From the sequence record SRR2962707_1510: a DNA stretch of 33,685 nt, one strand, 5' to 3'. Numbering within the stretch: position 1 is the stretch's first letter; every line of letters begins with the position of its first letter. The position numbers were made by a program, and so were the translations under genes. Below the pieces are notes generated by a model. It made no database searches. It was not told the origin of the DNA and worked only from the letters and a program-made list of their open reading frames with translations. Positions 26,851 to 33,685 of this stretch are shown piece after piece.

Positions 26851-27723
26851 TCAGCACTTCTCGCGAATGTAATCCCAGATGCGCGAGATATCACTGCCCG
26901 GTTTGAGGGCATCACAGCCGTTCCACAGTGCAGCGACGACCGATGCCACGGTCAGCGGCGTGCCTGCAGCCTTGGCTTCCTTGATGAACAGGTTCATGTC
27001 CTTGGACTGAAGCTTGGTGGCAAAGCCGCAGTCGAAGGTTTCAGTGAGAATCCGGTTCGGGAACTTGTCCATGGTCGCGGTGTTGCGGCCCGTCGACACG
27101 TTCACGGCATCGAGAATCGTCTTCATCTCGACGCCCTGCGACATGCCGTAGGCAATCGCTTCGGAACTGGCGGCGAAAGCGGTCGCCGACAGGAAGTTGT
27201 TGAGGATCTTCACGGCCTGGCCATGCCCCGCGTTTTCACCGCAATGCACGACGGTGCCGGTGAAGCTCTCGAACACACCCATGTGGTCATCGATGACCGC
27301 TTTCGGCCCGCCGCACATGATGGTGATCGTGCCGGCGGCAGCACCCGCCTGTCCACCCGACACCGGGGCATCGACGTAGGTCACGCCGGCGGCTTTGAGA
27401 ATCCCTTCGGCTTCGCGTGCCGCTTCCGGTCCGATGGTCGACAGGTCGACGATGACGCTGGACTTGCGGCCGTCATATTCGGCGATTTCCTTGGCCAGTG
27501 CGATCGACACCGGACCGTCCGGCACCGACATGAACACGGTGTCCGCCGTGCTCAGTACATCACCCAGCGAGTTCGCGAGTTTGGCGCCTTTCGGTGCGCG
27601 CTCCGCGGTGCCGGCCTTGTCATAGACGATGACCTCGATGCCGCTCTTGGAAGTGATGTTGGTGGCCATCGGTTGGCCCATCTGGCCGAGGCCGATAAAA
27701 CCGATCATTGAAGGTGCAGACAT
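26851..27723 (-). CDS. NAD(P)-dependent beta-hydroxyacid dehydrogenase (3-hydroxyisobutyrate dehydrogenase family)
   Basis: IGFIGLGQMG, VDLST, DAPVSGG, catalytic-lysine segment GQAVKILNN, KDM. Confidence 0.92.
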   Translation of the reverse strand: MSAPSMIGFIGLGQMGQPMATNITSKSGIEVIVYDKAGTAERAPKGAKLANSLGDVLSTADTVFMSVPDGPVSIALAKEIAEYDGRKSSVIVDLSTIGPEAAREAEGILKAAGVTYVDAPVSGGQAGAAAGTITIMCGGPKAVIDDHMGVFESFTGTVVHCGENAGHGQAVKILNNFLSATAFAASSEAIAYGMSQGVEMKTILDAVNVSTGRNTATMDKFPNRILTETFDCGFATKLQSKDMNLFIKEAKAAGTPLTVASVVAALWNGCDALKPGSDISRIWDYIREKC

Positions 27724-27726
27724 GAT

Positions 27727-28131
27727 TTATTTACTCCCGTCCATGTTCGAGACATCGATTCCGAGGTCGGCATATACTTCACGGGCCAGCCGGAAGGCTT
27801 CGATGCCGGCGGGAATGCCGCAGTAGACAGCGATCTGAATCAGGATTTCCCTGAGATCTTCATGCGAGAGACCGTTGGTAATGGCGCCCCGGTAATGCAG
27901 CTTGAATTCATGGCTTTTGCCGAGACCGGCCAGCATGCCGAGGTTGAGGATGGAGCGGTCGCGCTTCGACAGCACGCCGCGGCCCCAGGTGCCGCCCCAG
28001 CAGTATTCGGTGACCATTTCCTGGAAGTCGCGGTTGAAATCGTCAGCCTTGCTGAGTGATGCCTCGACGTAAGCTTCGCCGAGGACTTCCTTGCGGCATT
28101 GCAGGCCGCGTTCAAATTGTTCGGATGCCAT
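27727..28131 (-). CDS. Carboxymuconolactone decarboxylase family protein
   Basis: GLQCRKEVLGEAYV, TEYCWGGTWGR, RSILNLGML, EILIQIAVYCGIPAG; AGGAG RBS before ATG 28131. Confidence 0.92.
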   Translation of the reverse strand: MASEQFERGLQCRKEVLGEAYVEASLSKADDFNRDFQEMVTEYCWGGTWGRGVLSKRDRSILNLGMLAGLGKSHEFKLHYRGAITNGLSHEDLREILIQIAVYCGIPAGIEAFRLAREVYADLGIDVSNMDGSK

Positions 28132-28385
28132 GAATGATCTCTCCTGGATGGGTGGCAAGTTGAGGATTGGTGATTTTTTTTAGAGGCGCAACTATGCAAA
28201 GCACATAGGCGGACGGCAAGGTGGTTGAGAAAATTTAAACTTTAATTGCTTGGTTTTGGACTTTCGAATACGTATATGCATGCCTCACCTGTGAATGAAC
28301 GCGCATCTTGAACGCGCATTCCGCTCGATTCACAAATTTAAAAATCCGGGACAAAAAAAATAAAAAAACGGGATTGCGTTAGCAA

Positions 28386-28414
28386 TTGACAGCAATCGTG
28401 CGCGACACTAGGTT
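28386..28414 (+). promoter_or_regulatory. Putative sigma70 promoter of the ABC transporter operon
   Basis: TTGACA (28386-28391), 17-bp spacer, TAGGTT (28409-28414); A-tracts upstream at 28353-28368; GGAGG RBS downstream. Confidence 0.65.
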
Positions 28415-28458
28415 TGAATGCAATAATAATAAACATTGGCTAATACTAGGGAGGAAAC

Positions 28459-29457
28459 GTGGCCCTTCTGGAAATCAAAGATCTCCAGACCCAGTTCTTT
28501 ACGTCAGCTGGGACTGTGAAAGCTGTCGACGGTGTTTCTTACACTGTTGAAGAGGGTGAGACCGTTGCCGTCGTCGGTGAGTCCGGCTCAGGCAAATCGG
28601 TTACGGCAATGAGCATCATGCGCCTGATCCCATGGCCGCCGGGCAAGATTGTCGGCGGCTCCATCATGTTTGATGGCAAGGATCTGCTGACGCTCAGTGA
28701 AGACGAAATGCGGAACATCCGCGGCCGTGACATCGGCATGATCTTCCAGGAGCCGATGACGTCCCTGAACCCCGTTCTGACGATCGGCATGCAATTGACG
28801 GAGCCGATGATCGCGCACCTCGACATGTCCGAAGAAGATGCGATGGCCAAGGCCGTCAAGCTTCTGGGGATGGTCGGGATTTCAGAACCGGAACGCCGAC
28901 TGGCCCAGTATCCGCACCATCTTTCAGGTGGCATGCGTCAGCGTGTGGTTATCGCCATGGCGCTGGCCTGCGACCCGAAACTGATCATCGCCGATGAGCC
29001 GACGACCGCGCTCGACGTGACGATCCAGGCTCAGATCCTTGAGCTGATGAAGAACCTGACCCGTGAACTGGGTGTGGCGATGATCATCATCACCCACAAC
29101 CTGGGTGTGGTTGCGCGTTATGCTGACCGGGTCAACGTCATGTATGCCGGCAGAATCATCGAATCCGGTGTTGCCAGCGACATCTATCACCGTCCGCGTC
29201 ACCCCTATACCCTGGCACTGCTCAAGTCCGTGCCGCGCATGGATCGTCAGCGGACTGAGAAGCTTGATCCCGTCGACGGGCAGCCGCCTGATCTGACAAA
29301 GCTCGACGAAGGTTGTTCGTTCCGGCCCCGCTGCCGCTTTGCCGAGGATCACTGTGCAAAGAGCTTCCCGGTTCTCGAAGAGGTCAGTGACGGGCATACC
29401 TCAGCCTGCTTTGAAAAAAATAATCTCGAAAAAGAAGTGAAGGAAGTGGTGGGATGA
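28459..29457 (+). CDS. ABC transporter ATP-binding protein, DppD/OppD type
   Basis: GESGSGKS, FQEPMTSLNP, LSGGMRQR, IIADEPTTALD, HPYT, C-terminal GCSFRPRC. Confidence 0.95.
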   Translation: MALLEIKDLQTQFFTSAGTVKAVDGVSYTVEEGETVAVVGESGSGKSVTAMSIMRLIPWPPGKIVGGSIMFDGKDLLTLSEDEMRNIRGRDIGMIFQEPMTSLNPVLTIGMQLTEPMIAHLDMSEEDAMAKAVKLLGMVGISEPERRLAQYPHHLSGGMRQRVVIAMALACDPKLIIADEPTTALDVTIQAQILELMKNLTRELGVAMIIITHNLGVVARYADRVNVMYAGRIIESGVASDIYHRPRHPYTLALLKSVPRMDRQRTEKLDPVDGQPPDLTKLDEGCSFRPRCRFAEDHCAKSFPVLEEVSDGHTSACFEKNNLEKEVKEVVG

Positions 29458-30485
29458 GCGAAGTCGCGAACACTCGGCGGAACACCCGCCCCGGCAGTTC
29501 CGAAGGTTTTGAGGATGTGCTGGTCGATGTCCGCAATCTGAAAATGTACTTCCCGGTTACGGAAGGTGTTTTCATTCCCAAGGTTGTGGCGCATGTGAAA
29601 GCCGTCAACGACGTCAGCTTCCAGATTTTCAAAGGCGAAACGCTTGGCGTCGTCGGCGAATCCGGTTGTGGCAAAACCACGACGGGGCGTTGCATTCTGC
29701 AGCTTGAAAAGCCGACTGCCGGTGAAATCATCTTCAATGGCGATGACATCACCAAATATGACTCCAAGAAGATGATCGACGTCCGCAAGAAGATTCAGGT
29801 GATCTTCCAGGACCCGTACAGCTCTTTGAATCCGCGTATGAAAGTCGGCGAAATCCTGATGGAACCGATGAAGGTTCACAACATCATCAACGACGAAGCC
29901 GAACGTCAGAAGCGGGCCCGCTATCTGTTGAATGTCTGCGGCCTGGCATCGGCCTTTGCCGATCGCTATCCCCACGAAATGTCGGGTGGTCAGCGCCAGC
30001 GCGTCGGGATTGCCCGTGCTCTGGCCATGGACCCGGAATTCATTATCTGTGATGAAGCGGTTTCGGCACTGGACGTTTCCATTCAGGCCCAGGTCATCAA
30101 CCTTCTTGAAGACCTGCGCGATGAATTCGATCTGACATATCTGTTTATCTCCCACGATCTCAGTGTCGTGCGGCACATCTGCCACCGGGTCGCCGTGATG
30201 TATCTCGGCAACCTGGTTGAACTGGCCGATGGCGATGAACTGTTCGAGAATCCCATGCACCCGTATACACGGCTGTTGCTGAATGCGGTGCCGATTCCCG
30301 ATCCGGACGTCGAAAAGCAGCGCGCACATGAAATCATCAAGGGAGAAATCCCAAGCCCGATCAACCCGCCCTCAGGGTGCGTTTTCCACCCGCGGTGTCC
30401 GTCGGCTGTGGATGGTTGCAAGAAAAATATCCCGCAATTACGGGAAGTTAAGCCAGGTCACTGGGTGGCCTGTTCAGAGGTGTGA
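29454..30485 (+). CDS. ABC transporter ATP-binding protein, DppF/OppF type
   Basis: GESGCGKT, FQDPYSSLNP, MSGGQRQR, ICDEAVSALD, PSPINPPSGCVFHPRC. Confidence 0.95.
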   Translation: MSEVANTRRNTRPGSSEGFEDVLVDVRNLKMYFPVTEGVFIPKVVAHVKAVNDVSFQIFKGETLGVVGESGCGKTTTGRCILQLEKPTAGEIIFNGDDITKYDSKKMIDVRKKIQVIFQDPYSSLNPRMKVGEILMEPMKVHNIINDEAERQKRARYLLNVCGLASAFADRYPHEMSGGQRQRVGIARALAMDPEFIICDEAVSALDVSIQAQVINLLEDLRDEFDLTYLFISHDLSVVRHICHRVAVMYLGNLVELADGDELFENPMHPYTRLLLNAVPIPDPDVEKQRAHEIIKGEIPSPINPPSGCVFHPRCPSAVDGCKKNIPQLREVKPGHWVACSEV

Positions 30486-30561
30486 GCACGCCGCGGGCAT
30501 GGCGTGACGCATGACGAGGGGTAATCCCGTCAATTCTTCATTTCAGGGAAGGAGACATATA

Positions 30562-32172
30562 ATGCTCAAACTAACTGGGAGAATCGCTCTCGCTGCTGTG
30601 GTAGGCCTCGGCCTTGCCGCAGGCGCGGGTGCAGCGAAGGCTCAGACCCCCAAATCGGGTGGTATTCTGAACCTCGTGGTCGGTTCCAACATTCCGTCAT
30701 TTGACGGCCACCAGGAAACGACTTTCGGCATGATCCACCCGATCCGGCCGTTCTACAGCCTTATCATTCGCGTCAACCCGAACAATCCGTCCGATCCGAC
30801 GGACTTCGAGTGCGATCTTTGCGAAGGCAAGGTTCCCGAACCCACCGAAAATGGGACCAAGTACACCTTCAAACTTCGTAAGGGTGTAACGTTCCATGAT
30901 GGCACGCCTTTCACTTCGGCTGACGCCAAGGCGACCATGGACAAGATTATCTTCCCGCCGGAAGGTGTTCCGTCCGCACGTAAAGCGTTTTTCCGTGCCG
31001 TCGAATCCATCACCACGCCTGACGATTACACGATCGTCTTCAAGCTGAAGTTCCCGACGGCTGTGTTTATTCCGGCCCTCGCTACCCCGTTCAACTTCAT
31101 CTACTCCAAGAAGGATTTGGACGAGCACGGCATGGAATGGCACAAGTCGAACGTGAACGGCACGGGTCCGTTCAAGTTCGTGCAGTACCAGCCGGGTGCC
31201 TTTGTCGAAGGGGTCAAGAACCCGAACTATCACTTCGAAGGCCGCCCGTACCTTGATGGCTTCAAAGCGATTGCGGCTCCGAAAATGGCCGTTCGTCTGC
31301 AGGCTATTCGTGGTGACCGTGCTGCCATCGAGTTCCGCGGCTTCCCGCCGAAAGCTCGTGACGACCTTGTAAAAGCACTGGGTGACAAGATCACCGTTCA
31401 GGAAAGCGACTGGAACTGTGTTCTGCTCGCCACCCCGAACCAGGAGCACAAGCCGTTTGACGACAAACGTGTCCGTCAGGCGCTGACGCTCTCGATCGAC
31501 CGCTGGGGCGGGTCCAAGTACCTGTCGCAGATCGCCATCGTGAAAACGGTTGGTGGTGTCATGTTCCCGAACCACCCGCTGGCTGCGACCAAGGATGAAC
31601 TTCATAAGCTGAAAGGCTACTATGAAGACATCGAAGCTTCGCGCGCTGAAGCTAAAAAGCTTCTCGCCGATGCCGGTCAGTCCGGTCTCAAGGTTGACTT
31701 CTCGAACCGTGGCGTTGACCAGCCGTACAAAGTTGTTGGTACGTGGCTCGTCGACCAGTGGCGCAAAGTCGGCATTGATACCGCTCAGCGGGTTCAGCCG
31801 TCCGGTCCGTTCTACGACACGCTTCGTAAGAAAAAGGACTTTGACGTTTCCGCTGACTTCAACTGCCAGTCCGTCATTAACCCGGTTGCCGATATGACCA
31901 AGTTCCTTGGTTCCGCCGGCAACAACTACGCCAACTTCGAAGATCCGGAGCTGGAAGCGATCTATGCGAAGATCGAAAAAGAGGGTGATGCGGCTACGCT
32001 GCGGAAGCTGGTTCGTGACTACGAAACCCGCGCTCTCAGCGACGAAGCAAGCGGTATCATCACGCTGTGGTGGTACAAGATCAATCCGTACCGTTCCTAT
32101 GTGAAGGGTTGGAAGATCGCTCCGTCGCACTACTTGGCTCAGCACCTCGACCATATCTGGCTGGACAAGTAA
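30562..32172 (+). CDS. ABC transporter substrate-binding protein, family 5 (DppA/OppA-like)
   Basis: AAGGAG RBS, ATG 30562, signal peptide ending AKA, YTFKLRKGVTFHDG, GTGPFKF, KPFDDKRVRQAL; strongly biased codon usage. Confidence 0.95.
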   Translation: MLKLTGRIALAAVVGLGLAAGAGAAKAQTPKSGGILNLVVGSNIPSFDGHQETTFGMIHPIRPFYSLIIRVNPNNPSDPTDFECDLCEGKVPEPTENGTKYTFKLRKGVTFHDGTPFTSADAKATMDKIIFPPEGVPSARKAFFRAVESITTPDDYTIVFKLKFPTAVFIPALATPFNFIYSKKDLDEHGMEWHKSNVNGTGPFKFVQYQPGAFVEGVKNPNYHFEGRPYLDGFKAIAAPKMAVRLQAIRGDRAAIEFRGFPPKARDDLVKALGDKITVQESDWNCVLLATPNQEHKPFDDKRVRQALTLSIDRWGGSKYLSQIAIVKTVGGVMFPNHPLAATKDELHKLKGYYEDIEASRAEAKKLLADAGQSGLKVDFSNRGVDQPYKVVGTWLVDQWRKVGIDTAQRVQPSGPFYDTLRKKKDFDVSADFNCQSVINPVADMTKFLGSAGNNYANFEDPELEAIYAKIEKEGDAATLRKLVRDYETRALSDEASGIITLWWYKINPYRSYVKGWKIAPSHYLAQHLDHIWLDK

Positions 32173-32232
32173 TCGCGTAAGCGAGACATCGGAATTCCCG
32201 TCCGTCGCGGAAGCGGCGGGCGGGATACCGAT
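32173..32232 (+). other. Two GNRA-capped stem-loops after the substrate-binding protein gene
   Basis: tcgc-GTAA-gcga (32173-32184) and atcgg...tcccgtccgtcgc-GGAA-gcggcgggcggga...ccgat (32188-32232, with G-U pairs). Confidence 0.65.
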
Positions 32233-32278
32233 CAATAACAATCAATAATGTAACTTTTGGAAATTCGGTTGGACGCTC

Positions 32279-33250
32279 ATGTCTAAATATATTCTCAAAC
32301 GCGTGCTCCTGATGGTCCCGACTTTGATCGGCGCCGGGATTCTCGTGTTCTTCCTGCTGCGGCTGGTTCCGGGCGACGTCTGCGAACTCCGTTTCGCCGG
32401 TACCGGACTGTACGTCGATCAGGAACAGATTGACATTTGCCGCGCGAATCTCGGCATTGACCGTCCGATAATGATTCAGTTTGCCGACTTCATGTATGGC
32501 TTCTTCACGTTCGACTACGGTGTGTCGATGTGGACGGGACAGCCGATCCTTGAAGAAATCGGCCTTCGCTTTCAGCTGTCTCTTCAGGTCGCGATCATGG
32601 CAACCTTCGTTGCCGTCATCATAGCCATTCCGCTGGGGGCCATATCGGCAATCAAACAGGATACCTGGCTCGATTACGGCGTGCGCGCCTTCTCAATCGC
32701 CGGTATCGCCATTCCTTCGTTCTGGCTCGGGATCATGATCATCCTGGGGCTGCTGATCGTGACACAGGAACTGACCGGTATCCCGTGGATGCCGCCGATC
32801 GAATACAGACCGATCTGGGAAGATCCCGTGCACAATATCTCGCAGCTGATCTGGCCCGCTGTGGCGACCGGTTACCGGTATTCCGCGGTTGCCACACGTA
32901 TGACCCGCTCGGCGCTTCTTGAGGTGCTGCGTGAGGATTATATCCGTACCGCCCGTGCCAAGGGTCTCGTCGAGAAGGTCGTCATCAACCGCCACGCGCT
33001 CAAGAACTCGATGCTGCCGGTTGTGACGATTATCGGTATCGAATTCGCGTTCCTCATGGGCGGTCTGGTCGTTACCGAGCAGGTCTTCAACCTGAACGGT
33101 CTCGGCAAGCTGTTCGTGGAAAGCGTGACCAACCAGGATTATGCGATGACGCAATCGCTGGTGATGCTGGTGGTGCTGGTCTTCGTGATCACCAACCTCG
33201 TGATCGATCTTGCATATGCGTGGCTCGACCCGCGCATTCGCTACAGCTAA
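32279..33250 (+). CDS. ABC transporter permease, DppB/OppB type
   Basis: YILKRVLL, PSFWLG, EAA region EVLREDYIRTARAKG, HALKNS, TEQVFNLNGLG, YAWLDPRIRY. Confidence 0.95.
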   Translation: MSKYILKRVLLMVPTLIGAGILVFFLLRLVPGDVCELRFAGTGLYVDQEQIDICRANLGIDRPIMIQFADFMYGFFTFDYGVSMWTGQPILEEIGLRFQLSLQVAIMATFVAVIIAIPLGAISAIKQDTWLDYGVRAFSIAGIAIPSFWLGIMIILGLLIVTQELTGIPWMPPIEYRPIWEDPVHNISQLIWPAVATGYRYSAVATRMTRSALLEVLREDYIRTARAKGLVEKVVINRHALKNSMLPVVTIIGIEFAFLMGGLVVTEQVFNLNGLGKLFVESVTNQDYAMTQSLVMLVVLVFVITNLVIDLAYAWLDPRIRYS

Positions 33251-33262
33251 GGGTGAAATAAA

Positions 33263-33685
33263 ATGACTACAGTTTCTGAATCAGCTGTTGAAGCACAGGT
33301 CGAAGATCTAGGTGATAAAACGCCTTGGTATAAGGTGGCCGCGAAGCTGGCCCGCAAGCAGCCTGTCGGCGTTGCCGGTCTGGCGGTTGTGGTGCTGATG
33401 ATCTTTGCTGCGATCTTCGCACCGTGGCTGACGCCGTATCATCCGGAATACAACGATTTCACCGCCATGCTGACGGCGCCGAATACGGATTACATCCTCG
33501 GCACCGACCAGTTCGGACGTGATATCTTCACACGTATTCTTTACGGCGCCCGCACGGCCCTGTTCGTCGGGTTTGCGGCAGCGACCATTGGTGCTTTCTC
33601 GGGCCTCGTGCTCGGTGTGGCTTCGGCCTACTTCGGCGGCATGTTCGATCTGATTTTCCAGCGCGTCATGGACGTGTTCATGGCG
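33263..33685 (+). CDS. ABC transporter permease, DppC/OppC type (partial, runs off right edge)
   Basis: ATG 33263: MTTVSES...IFAPWLTPYHP...LGTDQFGRDIFTRILYGARTAL...; open to the end of the window. Confidence 0.9.
   Translation, partial: MTTVSESAVEAQVEDLGDKTPWYKVAAKLARKQPVGVAGLAVVVLMIFAAIFAPWLTPYHPEYNDFTAMLTAPNTDYILGTDQFGRDIFTRILYGARTALFVGFAAATIGAFSGLVLGVASAYFGGMFDLIFQRVMDVFMA

Noticed and set aside
26851-27723. Calling the dehydrogenase ltnD to complete the otn pathway
   Set aside because: It is 16 kb from otnKC, is paired with a CMD gene, and shows only family-level motifs.
30697-32241. 514-aa antisense ORF opposite the SBP gene
   Set aside because: It mirrors the sense codons, has no recognisable motifs, and is explained by the strong codon bias of the SBP gene.

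Overview
GC-rich, gene-dense bacterial chromosomal segment, very probably alphaproteobacterial: it has an ALAS-type hemA, a Caulobacter-type cpa/tad pilus locus and an LdtR-like MarR regulator. A Rhodospirillales-like origin is only an impression. Left to right: the end of a Tad/Flp pilus operon (cpaB 3' end, cpaC, cpaD, cpaE, cpaF, tadB, tadC) with tadD on the opposite strand; a MarR regulator followed by otnK-otnC and an FAD oxidoreductase; a CHASE-PAS hybrid histidine kinase coupled to a CBS protein; hemA, an enoyl-CoA hydratase and an ABM protein on the minus strand; an acyl-CoA dehydrogenase / NDP-forming CoA ligase / alkaline-phosphatase-superfamily hydrolase / two-MFS catabolic cluster; an ABM protein, RraA and an FMN alpha-hydroxy-acid oxidase; a CMD plus beta-hydroxyacid dehydrogenase pair; and a Dpp/Opp-type ABC transporter running off the right end. 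I found no rRNA, tRNA, CRISPR array, transposase or phage gene. The most unusual signals are (1) a ~43-bp palindromic REP-like element with two intergenic copies and one copy translated in frame inside the CoA-ligase gene, (2) a CGTC-tagged REP doublet with compensatory changes, (3) a duplicated N-terminal domain in the pilus ATPase CpaF, and (4) two catabolic modules with non-canonical gene content. All functional calls come from motif recognition by eye; no database search was run.
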